A stretch of 64,000 nucleotides of DNA from Caldisericia bacterium. Lineage in GTDB: Bacteria; Caldisericota; Caldisericia; JAAYUI01. Position 1 is the stretch's first letter. Every line of letters starts with the position of its first letter. Both the position numbers and the translations under genes were made by a program. Below, piece after piece: positions 36,434 through 46,536 of this stretch. The notes beneath the pieces are model-generated. The model made no database searches. It was not told where the DNA came from and saw nothing but the letters and a program-made list of their open reading frames with translations. The stretch is from assembly GCA_963674785.1 (NCBI GenBank), contig OY771555.1:704001-768000 (forward strand). Direction: 5' to 3'.

Positions 36434-39400
36434 ATGAGAAAATTTGTAACATTTATGGTCGCATTAACACTTGTAGTGGCGGCTCTGGTACCTGCATTCT
36501 CTATCGTCAATGCTGACGGAGACAGAATCAGGGAAGGTGAACCAAACACACCTGCAACTATGGCTGCAGTCAGGTGGCATAAGGTCGGTTATGATCATGA
36601 AGGTAATATGCTTAACCCAAGCACCCTCGATCATACAGAGGTTGAAAGGGCTGGGCTTGATGGTACCGGGTACAGATTCTTCCCCTGGCAGGATGATGGT
36701 GAACAGATTTGGGGAAGGGCATCTGATGATGTGGCTTATGAGATGCCACGTTTATTACCAACTTCTGGAAGTCATGACTGGCTTGGTAGATTTGACGCAT
36801 CTAACTATGATTTCGACTACGATAATTCAGCTAACAACTATGCGTGGTGGACTGTTTTATACCTCAACATCGAACCAGATTCCGGTAATTCCCAGGAATA
36901 TAAAAAATGGTATGTAGTAATCGATCGTGATGGAAATGCCTGGTTTGACCCAGACGGAAAATTCCATCGTTGCGAACTCGATTCATCCGCAGACCCAATG
37001 TATTATGAGCCAGGTTCACTTACATACGTCGAGGGTTCATGTCGTACAAACCCAAAGGCTCTTCTTGACCCAATCCCAAGCAATAACACACAGGGACCAT
37101 ACAACCTTAAATTCGGTTCAAGAGCTGCTCTCGATAGAATTTATTTCTGGTGGAAGTATGACACAAATGGAAACCTTGTAGACAGAGTATGGAGACTTGG
37201 TTGGTCAGACATGGTCGACTACGATCCTGCACCAAACCTTGAGCACGGTGTTTGGGACCCAACAAACTCAGATACATGGTCAGTTGTTTCGTATATTCCA
37301 ACATATGACCCCTACACAAAAACACATATTCCAGATGCAGATGTAGATTGGGATGCAAAGCTTGACACAATCCCATTCTCACTCTCAGCAGATCCTGTGT
37401 GGCCAAATGTCACAGAGGGCGTAGAGTGTTATCATGATGCAAATGGCAACGGTGTCTATGATCCTTATGAGTTCATCTACAGAAAAGGTGCCGGATTCCC
37501 AGTAGGTCTCTTCACCTCATCAGTTCAGCCTGGTGATGTGAGAGTCACAAATGTAAGCACAGAAAATGGAATCTTCAAACAGAACCTTAGAGCAGGATCT
37601 GTTGTTGGTGGAGATGAGTTTGATGTTGGTGCAGTACTCCTCCCATTCAACCACATGAACCCTCCATCCGGATATCCAACATATGTGCATACACATGGCA
37701 AGGGAACAATCGATGGCAGATTTGATGATGGTGAGTTCATCTACTGGAAAGGTGCCGCTTCAACAACATTTGGAAACACATGGCTTGAAGTCCCTGCAGT
37801 ACCAGGTTCAACCGTTATTGCTGTTGCATCAGTAAACGGATTCGATCTTGCTGATGAAGTTGCCCTTTACGATCCGCTCACTGGAACATACTTCACCTCA
37901 ACAATCGATGACATTGATACAACTGTAACTCCTCCACTCATCACACTCGATAATGCAGTTACATTCGCATTCCCACTCTACTCATCATTCTTTGAGATTG
38001 GTGAAGTAGAGATCGGTGACATCAGACTTACAACTGTCAACGAGAGACACAACAACAATACAAGATCATGGGATTGGCACGGCACATGGTGGACAGATGC
38101 ACTTATCCTTCTCGAGGTTCTCGAGGGTGGATGTCATACACCACTTTATAACATCACTGTTGAATCAAACCTTTGGATGGGTGGATACCCAACAAATGGT
38201 GAATTTGAAAAGGGTGATGTTCCATCTGAGGCAACTGCAGCACTCCACTCACCAAATGGTGACATTGTAGCAGCAGCTCAGAGAATTCAGAAAACAACCG
38301 TCCTTGACCCAACAGGTTTCGAGTTCGAAGTCCCAGCAACAACATTTGAGAACATCAAACTTGAGTATAGAGAATATCTTGGACTTGAAATATTCAAAGA
38401 TGATGGAATCAACAACAACGTTGGTGAACCACAGTTCACAGTAAACTGTGTCCGCGGAGACATTGTTGATGACTATTATGTGTACGACAGCACAGAAGAG
38501 TTTGTTGGCGCAGACGATGTCGAAACACAGCTTGACTTTGAATGGTCAAGACAGACACAGTCATTCTCAAACCTTGAGATGTTTGTTGATGTCAGTGGCG
38601 AAGGCGCACTTGGTGTTGGAGAGCCAATCTATCTTGATGAAGACCTTTCAAATTCAATCTCAGCAGGCGACCTCAGAATCACTGATGTTGAAGTCGTCAG
38701 AGGCGACAGCAACATCATCGCTTATCCATCAGGATCAAGAGTAACTGCCGGTGACGCTGATGTTGATTATTTCACAACCTTCCCAGCAATCGGTACTCCA
38801 GAACTCAGCCCAATGCCAGCGGGCGTAGAATACTACGACCAGGCTCATGGATGTGTTCCTCCAAATGATACATATGATATTGGTGAGCCAATCTATTATC
38901 AGGCTCCATCAACCGGTATCGCAACACTCTATTCAAACGATTTTAATAACCAGAACAACCCAACAGGAACCGCACCAAACCTTACATTCCATGACAACAC
39001 AGGTCCTGGTTCTGCTTTAAGTTATCCAGCATATAGCTTCACAAACACCGTTGATAACTGGGGTGAGCTTGACGAAACAAACTCCGGTCTCTTCATTAAT
39101 GGTGGTGCAGCTACATCAGTTACTGACAGAGAGAATAATGATCCTGGCGGACAGATTGGAAACCCTTCAGCCGGTAATTTCGAAGTCTGTTTCTTTGATG
39201 ATAATGCTCCTCCAGTTGGTGCAACAAGATGTAGTGAGCTTTATTCCGGTACAATCATCCTTAATCCATCACTTGGCATGGAAGACAACAAGATATTCAC
39301 AGCTGATGTATTTACAGAACCAAATCCTGCATGTTTGAGTGATTGGTGGCCACCAGCAGTCATCTTCAGATATGATAGCCCAAACAGTTTCTATGCATTA

Positions 39401-42400
39401 ACGCTTGTTCCTTATGACGGCTCATATGTATGGTATGATTACTCCAATGCCGATGGTAGCTTCATTGATAATTTCTATGGTCCAGCCCCAGATACCTATC
39501 TTATTAACATCATACATTACGAACCAGCAGACGCTGGAAACACTGGATATACAGGAACATCAATCTTCCAGACAGAGCTCAATTCCTTTGATCTCAATGA
39601 TTGGATGAATGTTGAAATCAGAGCATATGCAAACCTTGCTGGATTCCTTGATTACACAGATATCCTTATCGGTGGAACACTTATTAGTGGATCATTCCCA
39701 AGCTCAATTAATCCAGTAGGTTCACCTCCAGGTGGATTTGGTTTCATGGCAGGAACATATGATTCAACATATGTTGGAGCAGTTAGCCCACTCTATTTTG
39801 ACAATGTGACCCTCTCAACATATCTTGTTGGGGCAACACTTGACACAGTCAGACTTACCGATGTTTGGGTAGATGGCACAAAATATCCAGCAGGTTCAAA
39901 AGTTCTTGCCGGTGACTTCTACAGACTTGAAAACCCAGTTTATGGTGTAACAACAGGTAAAAATACAAATGCCAGATATATGGATATCGAAGTATTACCT
40001 GGTGACATCGGACTTAAATATGAAATCGACGGCTTCTCACCAGAAGACGAAGAGTTCAAACCACTTAAGATTGAGAAAACCTCACATATTAAAGTTTCGC
40101 TTGATCACGAACTTGAAGGTGTTTATGCAACCGGAAAAGTTATCGGTGACAAGAGAAATAGACTTTATTACAGACCTGATTCCTTCTATGTAAACACAAT
40201 CCCAGCCGAGTATCAGGTTGTTTACTCATCACCTGCAGAGGCAGAACGCAACTTCTTCCACCCACACACTTCAATTCAGGGTGACAAGGTTTATGTCTCA
40301 CTCAGAGAGACAGATACAAATATCTCCCCATACTTTGCAACAACATATCTTTCCGAGTATCTTGAGGAAATTATTGATACAACAGCAATTATCGATGCAG
40401 AAAATCCAGTGTATGAGTTTGAATTCACACCATACAGAGGAACAATTGTTGATGATATTGGACAGGAATTACCAATTCTCCTCAGAGCCTATATGGATGA
40501 TGGTGGAATCCAGACATCACCTGATGACAGCAGATTCTCATACTCATTCATGCTCGATAAGAATCTGGCCGACAGAACAGTTGACGCTGGAAGCGTAGCT
40601 TATTCAGAATACAACTTCATTGACCCATGGCATATGCAGAAGAAATGGGAGATTGATGAAGCCTATGCAAACTATTGGAACCAGGCATACACAAGAGCCG
40701 CAAGATTTATTCCAAACCCATACGAAGTTGAACACATGGCAGAATGTGGTCTCTCAGACAACTACGATTGTTATGGCGTAGAAAAACTTCATGTTGAGCC
40801 AGAAGGAATTGAGATTATTCCAAGCTCACCTTGTGTTGACCCACTTTCATACAGATATCCAAACATCAGTCTTAAACTCAAAGCCTATGACAACCCGGAC
40901 GATGTCAATGACCCAGCAGGTTACACAATGGCATTCCCAACCACCGAAGATTCCGTTGCTATCGCTACATACAACGTAAACGGTGCCGGTATCAGATATA
41001 TGTGTACAATGAGAGCATGGAACATGAGTCATACTGTTCCAGATGATTTCTATGCCTACTTCATTGTTCAGGTAAATGATGACGGTTCATGGATGGGTTG
41101 GAGAATGAATGAAGCAAACCTTCCAGGTATTGTTGACTTCACAGACTCATTCTCAGTGATGCAGTCATATCCATTCCTTCAGAAGATGAATAACCGCGGA
41201 AACGATTCTCATGATATTGGCGACTATGATTGTTCAGTTGGCACAGGTGTTGTTGACCTTTGCGGTTCTGGATGGCCACCACTTGGTGATGTCACCATTT
41301 ATGATACTTACTCAAGTTATTTCTGTGATCCAACTTGGACATATCCAAACATCCCATACTATGGAACAGTTTATCACTATGGTGTAAAAACATACATCAC
41401 TCCAAAAACTGAAACTGACGAAGGTGGACTTATCTCTATCGTTTGTCAGCCAATGAATACCGAAGAAGATCTTCATATCCGTGTTCATACAAGCAATGTT
41501 GAGGTTGACTACAATAGCACAAACCTTAAACACGGTAACAACGCAACATACTTCAGATTTGACAGATCAGGTATCCACCAGGGTAGCACAGGTGGTTCAG
41601 ATCCTAACCAGTACTATGTTCCAAGCGTTTCAAACGTTCACGACACAAACCCACCAGGAATCAGAAACCTTATGATGGCTGAGACAGTTGATTACTGCGA
41701 CGTAATCACACTCAAGGTTCTCCCACCAGATACTGATCTTAACTTCAACAATCTCTACATCGTTGACCATGCTCTCCAGTACAGTGATGTCGAATATGCA
41801 GGTTCTGCAACAGGTGGAGATCCACTCGTTGTGCTCGATACACCAGAGAGATGGATTAGACCTGATTATAACCCACTCTGCGTCTTCAGACCTCTTTCTG
41901 ACGATGAAAACACAGATGTAAGATGTTACCCAGGTGGACAGACTCATCTTATGAGAGTCGAGAATTCACTTAGAGGTAATGGTTTCAATGCAACTCCAGC
42001 ACTTTGGAGAAAACAGTTTAACAAACTCGGAACTGAGTTCTTTGGACTTACCGACTATGGTCTGTATTTTGAGCTTACTAGAGAAGACTCAGGGTACTGG
42101 GGTGTTCCAACAACATTCGCAGATGGAATGATCAAGAGAATTGAGATCACCGGACCGTTTATGACTCCACTTGACCTTGATCCTGAATTTGATTCAATCA
42201 AGTACAGATCAGGAACAGCAACCGGATCTATTCTCGGATATCAGTATAAAGATCTTAGATATGTTCCAATCAAGTATGATTATTCAGGTAAAATTGTTGT
42301 CGACACACTCAATTACATGACCTACGAGCTTGGACCATCAGACTTCTCAACAACAACCAGCCCTGCATGTACAATTCCTGGCGATTTCATTACCTTCTCA

Positions 42401-45400
42401 GATTACAACATGTATCTTGCTGTCGGAAGAGAACTTGATTATAGATTCGTCGTCAGACCACAGATTAGTGGTATTCAGAGTTCACAGAGAGTAATGGTCT
42501 TTGACGAGCTTATTCCAACTGGACCAGGTAGAATTGATATTACTGTCTGGCTTCAGGACGGAACAAAGAAGATTTTCCAGGATTGCTGTGTTAAGCCACC
42601 AGCAGATGGTATTGATGTAGCCGGTATCAAGATTGAAGGTATGCCACACTTCGTCACTGTTGATGAAGACAATATGCTCAATCTTAAACTTACAGAAGGT
42701 TACGGAATCGAGTCAGTAGGACCACCAGCTGAATACGGTGCAGGAATTCAGGAATATCAAGAGTGTAACGATGCACTTGTTTATGTATGGCAGGATAGAG
42801 GAATCTATGATCCAGTGGAAAGACTTTATGATTTCGCTGGTGACGGATACTGCTCAATGGCTCCACAGTCAACAGATATTTCCGAAATTTACTCACCATA
42901 CACAGAAGATGATGATCTCAACTCTGATGGAAAAATTAGCTTCGAAGATTATGAAACTGAGATCATTGGTACATATGATATTAACACAAACACATGGACA
43001 AACGGTCTTATAGATGCAAGAACATTCCATAGACAGAATGGTGAATACTCATTCAATGTTCATACAAATACAGTAGGTATCGACTTTGGTTCCTATGGAA
43101 CAGAAACCGAACCTGATCACGTTATTGCACCTGATGAAACACTCGATGTAACTGTTACTGCTTACAAGTACGGTGACGACAATAACGACAGAAGCTTCAG
43201 ACCATTCTGGGGTGGACGTGATACCCTTAATGACTCAGCATTCAGTCATGAGGTTTATCTTGCAGGTAGAGCATCAGCATTTGTTGAAGCAAGAGAAGAT
43301 CTCACAGCAACCGTAATTCCTGAGCCACTTACAGCTGGATGTACACCAGAGCTTCTTGACCCAACTGCACCTCTCACATTTGAGGTCAAATGGGCAAACG
43401 GTCAGCCACTCAACCTCAGGGATGAAGGTGTTCCAGATCCAAAGGGTGGAAACGAAGTCAAGAAAAATGATGCTTGGATGCATCTTTTCAAAGATCCACA
43501 TCCAGATGATCAGTATTATTATCCAGGTCAGATGCTTCCACAATATTACTGGCTTAGAACCGACCTTCATAACGATGACTGGACCCAGATTGGCAACCAG
43601 AGAATGTACGGTTATGACACAGATCCATTCAACCCAATCGAGTTTAGCTGGAATCCAAAAGAGGGTGTTTATGAGTTCGAGGGATTTGTTGCCAACGATA
43701 AAGGTAACTTCGAAACGGTCATTTACTCACCAGACAGAAGACATAAAGCAACAGTTAATGTAAACGTTGAGCTTCCAAAAGTTTCTTACGATCTCCTTCC
43801 AAGACAATACTCTATTAGAGGGTACGATAATGATTCATCATTCGATCCAAATCTTGTCTTCCATGTAAACGAAAGTGAAGATTTCGTAGCAACTGGTGCT
43901 GATCTCAGATACTATGCAACTGTGCTTACATTCAAAAATGCCCAGGGTAAATTGATCCAGGGTCTCGCTGAGTCAACATCAGTTTGTCAGGGTGGAGATG
44001 GAATGTACGCAAGATTCACTCCATTCTTTACAAGACCTGAATACTTCAACTGGGTAAGTGCTCCAAACACATCATTACGCTATTTAAGAAGATATCCACA
44101 GCATGCTCAGGCATACAACTATTATCTTGGTTCAGATCCAAATGGTGGTCGTGGTGTTATGGTTATGATCGCTGATCTTGATGGTTCTGGGTCTGCCGGT
44201 GATATTTGGGAAGAATATATGCAGTTCGGATTCGCATATGCTGATTCAGGATTGAGAGTTGGTGGAGATAGCGGTCCTCGTGCTCCGTATTATCCAACAA
44301 TAAACTACATGTACGAAGATGGAACATATAATCATTGGCAAGCATGGGATGGACCATATGAAGCTGGTTTCAACTATGCTGAACCTGCTGGATATGGTGT
44401 CGGTTGTATTTACAATGAAGAGTATGAAAAACTTTATATGTTCCCAGATACAAATAGAGACTTTACATTCGATTATCAGGATTCATTGAATATTGATAAT
44501 AGAGGTCAGGGTCTCGTATTCGTTTTCGTTGATGATAAATTGAAATTTGGTGCAACCGTTGGTGTTACAAAACATGCTCTTAAACCAAAATTCAGTGACA
44601 TCTATGGTGGTACTGATCCATATAATGAATTCTCACCACAGAGAACTGCAACAAGATTTGTTCACGTAAAACAGGGTAATGCCGATTATGGAACAAGTGA
44701 CGGAGTGTACGCTCTCGACTGGGACGCAATGCCAGACAGAGTTGTAAAAGCTGATTATGTAAATGCTAAGGTTTTCTGGGCGGAAACTAGAGAAGAAGTT
44801 GGAAAAGACGTCCTTGATGAGAACAACTACGACCTTGCTTATGGTGTTGAAAACCATCTTTGGGTTGAGTTCACACCTGCTGATCCAAGAGACAATCCTG
44901 TTGTCCAGGGTCTCACAGTTACAATTGCTGATAATGACAAAGAACATCCATGGAATGGTACTAAATCCGAGAATTCAATATTCTCAACAATTATTAAGGG
45001 TGACGTAAATCCAAACGTGAGAGCTGCTCAGATGTATGTTACACCAACAGGTACTGGTGCCGACATCATGGCTCTTAATAAACGTGGAATCACCTATGGT
45101 ATATTGTTCGATCACTGTACTTCATACGGAATTGTTAACTTCGACGTAATTATGTCAATTCAGCTTATTGCTGACTCACTTGAGCCACTTAAAGTCGGTG
45201 TCCCAGGAACTCTTGTTGTAAGTGCTCTCAAGACTGCCGGTGGCGAGCCAATCGAAGGCGCAACTATCCACATCAAGGGTGCAGGCGTTGAGATGGAGAA
45301 GAAGTCAAATGCTGAAGGTAAAGCAGAGTTCAGCATCACTCCAACAGAACGCGGAAGAATCTTGGTTACTGCTGAAGCAGACGAGATGAAGGGAACCTAT

Positions 45401-46315
45401 ACAACAGCCTTTGTTGAAAGATACGTTGCACCACCAGTACTCGACCTTGACCCAATCAATTCTGTTACCGGTGAGAACAGTGTGACTGTTAAAGGAAGAA
45501 CAAACGAAGGTACAAGAATCACAATCAATGGAAGACCTGCAACTGTTGAAAAAGACGGTTCATTCCAGTCAGTTATCAAATTACAGCCTGGAAAGAATTC
45601 AATTGTTGTTGTTGCTTCAAATGAGTCATCACAGACAATCACAAAGATTCTTGTTATCGAATCAAGAGTTAATGCCTCAGAGATCATCCTTGATCCAATC
45701 GGTGAATATGAAAACGTCACAGAGATCAGACTCCGTGGACATGTTGAACCAGGTACTGTTGTCAAAGTTAAAAACGTGACAATTGGCGAAGAAGTTGATG
45801 CTGTTGTTACAAATGATGTATTCGTTGCTGATATTGCAGTCCAGCCAGGAAACAACGATTTTGAGATCGTTGCCATTGATATGCAGACTAACAAAGAAAA
45901 TACCTTGACTGCTAGCACTTATATCTGGACCAAAACAACAATTCTGCTTGCAAGAAATTCAGACGTTGCTGTTGTTGACGGTACACCACAGAAGATAGCC
46001 GTTGCACCAATCGTAAGAGATGGCGTTGTGATGGTTCCGCTTGAAGCAATAGCTCAGATATTTGGAGTTGCTCCTACAGCTGTAGGTGATGCAATAACGC
46101 TTACATGGGGTTCAAACACATTGATTATCTCAGCAAATTCAGCTAGTGCTCCTCTAAATGGTGCCCAAGTTGACCTTACAGTTGCCCCAATAGTTGAAAA
46201 TGGAATTATGATGGTTGCTGCAAGAGATATTGAGTATCTCAAACCAGATAATGGTGCAGTAGAAGTAATGTTCGATGCAAGCGGTGTTGGCATCGTTATT
46301 TGTAGAAGAAAGTAA
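36434..46315 (+). CDS. Giant secreted surface protein 1 (3293 aa) with C-terminal Ig-like domains and a copper-amine-oxidase-N1-like (stalk) domain
   Basis: Sec signal (..SIVNA|D), SD AAGGAGAG; C-terminal VKGRTNEG..TING..LQPGKNSIVVVA Ig repeats; AVAPIVRDGVVMVPLEAIAQIFG stalk motif. Confidence 0.9.
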   Translation: MRKFVTFMVALTLVVAALVPAFSIVNADGDRIREGEPNTPATMAAVRWHKVGYDHEGNMLNPSTLDHTEVERAGLDGTGYRFFPWQDDGEQIWGRASDDVAYEMPRLLPTSGSHDWLGRFDASNYDFDYDNSANNYAWWTVLYLNIEPDSGNSQEYKKWYVVIDRDGNAWFDPDGKFHRCELDSSADPMYYEPGSLTYVEGSCRTNPKALLDPIPSNNTQGPYNLKFGSRAALDRIYFWWKYDTNGNLVDRVWRLGWSDMVDYDPAPNLEHGVWDPTNSDTWSVVSYIPTYDPYTKTHIPDADVDWDAKLDTIPFSLSADPVWPNVTEGVECYHDANGNGVYDPYEFIYRKGAGFPVGLFTSSVQPGDVRVTNVSTENGIFKQNLRAGSVVGGDEFDVGAVLLPFNHMNPPSGYPTYVHTHGKGTIDGRFDDGEFIYWKGAASTTFGNTWLEVPAVPGSTVIAVASVNGFDLADEVALYDPLTGTYFTSTIDDIDTTVTPPLITLDNAVTFAFPLYSSFFEIGEVEIGDIRLTTVNERHNNNTRSWDWHGTWWTDALILLEVLEGGCHTPLYNITVESNLWMGGYPTNGEFEKGDVPSEATAALHSPNGDIVAAAQRIQKTTVLDPTGFEFEVPATTFENIKLEYREYLGLEIFKDDGINNNVGEPQFTVNCVRGDIVDDYYVYDSTEEFVGADDVETQLDFEWSRQTQSFSNLEMFVDVSGEGALGVGEPIYLDEDLSNSISAGDLRITDVEVVRGDSNIIAYPSGSRVTAGDADVDYFTTFPAIGTPELSPMPAGVEYYDQAHGCVPPNDTYDIGEPIYYQAPSTGIATLYSNDFNNQNNPTGTAPNLTFHDNTGPGSALSYPAYSFTNTVDNWGELDETNSGLFINGGAATSVTDRENNDPGGQIGNPSAGNFEVCFFDDNAPPVGATRCSELYSGTIILNPSLGMEDNKIFTADVFTEPNPACLSDWWPPAVIFRYDSPNSFYALTLVPYDGSYVWYDYSNADGSFIDNFYGPAPDTYLINIIHYEPADAGNTGYTGTSIFQTELNSFDLNDWMNVEIRAYANLAGFLDYTDILIGGTLISGSFPSSINPVGSPPGGFGFMAGTYDSTYVGAVSPLYFDNVTLSTYLVGATLDTVRLTDVWVDGTKYPAGSKVLAGDFYRLENPVYGVTTGKNTNARYMDIEVLPGDIGLKYEIDGFSPEDEEFKPLKIEKTSHIKVSLDHELEGVYATGKVIGDKRNRLYYRPDSFYVNTIPAEYQVVYSSPAEAERNFFHPHTSIQGDKVYVSLRETDTNISPYFATTYLSEYLEEIIDTTAIIDAENPVYEFEFTPYRGTIVDDIGQELPILLRAYMDDGGIQTSPDDSRFSYSFMLDKNLADRTVDAGSVAYSEYNFIDPWHMQKKWEIDEAYANYWNQAYTRAARFIPNPYEVEHMAECGLSDNYDCYGVEKLHVEPEGIEIIPSSPCVDPLSYRYPNISLKLKAYDNPDDVNDPAGYTMAFPTTEDSVAIATYNVNGAGIRYMCTMRAWNMSHTVPDDFYAYFIVQVNDDGSWMGWRMNEANLPGIVDFTDSFSVMQSYPFLQKMNNRGNDSHDIGDYDCSVGTGVVDLCGSGWPPLGDVTIYDTYSSYFCDPTWTYPNIPYYGTVYHYGVKTYITPKTETDEGGLISIVCQPMNTEEDLHIRVHTSNVEVDYNSTNLKHGNNATYFRFDRSGIHQGSTGGSDPNQYYVPSVSNVHDTNPPGIRNLMMAETVDYCDVITLKVLPPDTDLNFNNLYIVDHALQYSDVEYAGSATGGDPLVVLDTPERWIRPDYNPLCVFRPLSDDENTDVRCYPGGQTHLMRVENSLRGNGFNATPALWRKQFNKLGTEFFGLTDYGLYFELTREDSGYWGVPTTFADGMIKRIEITGPFMTPLDLDPEFDSIKYRSGTATGSILGYQYKDLRYVPIKYDYSGKIVVDTLNYMTYELGPSDFSTTTSPACTIPGDFITFSDYNMYLAVGRELDYRFVVRPQISGIQSSQRVMVFDELIPTGPGRIDITVWLQDGTKKIFQDCCVKPPADGIDVAGIKIEGMPHFVTVDEDNMLNLKLTEGYGIESVGPPAEYGAGIQEYQECNDALVYVWQDRGIYDPVERLYDFAGDGYCSMAPQSTDISEIYSPYTEDDDLNSDGKISFEDYETEIIGTYDINTNTWTNGLIDARTFHRQNGEYSFNVHTNTVGIDFGSYGTETEPDHVIAPDETLDVTVTAYKYGDDNNDRSFRPFWGGRDTLNDSAFSHEVYLAGRASAFVEAREDLTATVIPEPLTAGCTPELLDPTAPLTFEVKWANGQPLNLRDEGVPDPKGGNEVKKNDAWMHLFKDPHPDDQYYYPGQMLPQYYWLRTDLHNDDWTQIGNQRMYGYDTDPFNPIEFSWNPKEGVYEFEGFVANDKGNFETVIYSPDRRHKATVNVNVELPKVSYDLLPRQYSIRGYDNDSSFDPNLVFHVNESEDFVATGADLRYYATVLTFKNAQGKLIQGLAESTSVCQGGDGMYARFTPFFTRPEYFNWVSAPNTSLRYLRRYPQHAQAYNYYLGSDPNGGRGVMVMIADLDGSGSAGDIWEEYMQFGFAYADSGLRVGGDSGPRAPYYPTINYMYEDGTYNHWQAWDGPYEAGFNYAEPAGYGVGCIYNEEYEKLYMFPDTNRDFTFDYQDSLNIDNRGQGLVFVFVDDKLKFGATVGVTKHALKPKFSDIYGGTDPYNEFSPQRTATRFVHVKQGNADYGTSDGVYALDWDAMPDRVVKADYVNAKVFWAETREEVGKDVLDENNYDLAYGVENHLWVEFTPADPRDNPVVQGLTVTIADNDKEHPWNGTKSENSIFSTIIKGDVNPNVRAAQMYVTPTGTGADIMALNKRGITYGILFDHCTSYGIVNFDVIMSIQLIADSLEPLKVGVPGTLVVSALKTAGGEPIEGATIHIKGAGVEMEKKSNAEGKAEFSITPTERGRILVTAEADEMKGTYTTAFVERYVAPPVLDLDPINSVTGENSVTVKGRTNEGTRITINGRPATVEKDGSFQSVIKLQPGKNSIVVVASNESSQTITKILVIESRVNASEIILDPIGEYENVTEIRLRGHVEPGTVVKVKNVTIGEEVDAVVTNDVFVADIAVQPGNNDFEIVAIDMQTNKENTLTASTYIWTKTTILLARNSDVAVVDGTPQKIAVAPIVRDGVVMVPLEAIAQIFGVAPTAVGDAITLTWGSNTLIISANSASAPLNGAQVDLTVAPIVENGIMMVAARDIEYLKPDNGAVEVMFDASGVGIVICRRK

Positions 46316-46339
46316 GTAGTACCATAGATTGACATTTAT

Positions 46340-46387
46340 GCTGTACCACCCCGATTAGGGTGGTACAGCCGAGAAAGAACAGATTTA
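46340..46387 (+). promoter_or_regulatory. Intercistronic hairpin plus conserved CGAGAAAGAA..GATTTA motif (copy 1)
   Basis: Perfect 12-bp stem GCTGTACCACCC/GGGTGGTACAGC with no U-tract; the downstream motif recurs at 57195. Confidence 0.6.
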
Positions 46388-46536
46388 TTTATTACGGTTT
46401 AAAAAAGATTGAAGATAATGAAGAGATTGATAAAAGAAGCGAGTAAAGAGAGATTGGTTTACCGTGAAGTTTTGGGTGAACCAAAGGTACATGACAAACT
46501 TCGATGCGGGGTTTGTCTGTCCGAAGGAGAGGTTAC

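Noticed and set aside
46504-46536. Upstream start for giant protein 2
   Set aside because: That ATG lies in a hairpin loop; the SD AAGGAGAGG points to ATG 46537
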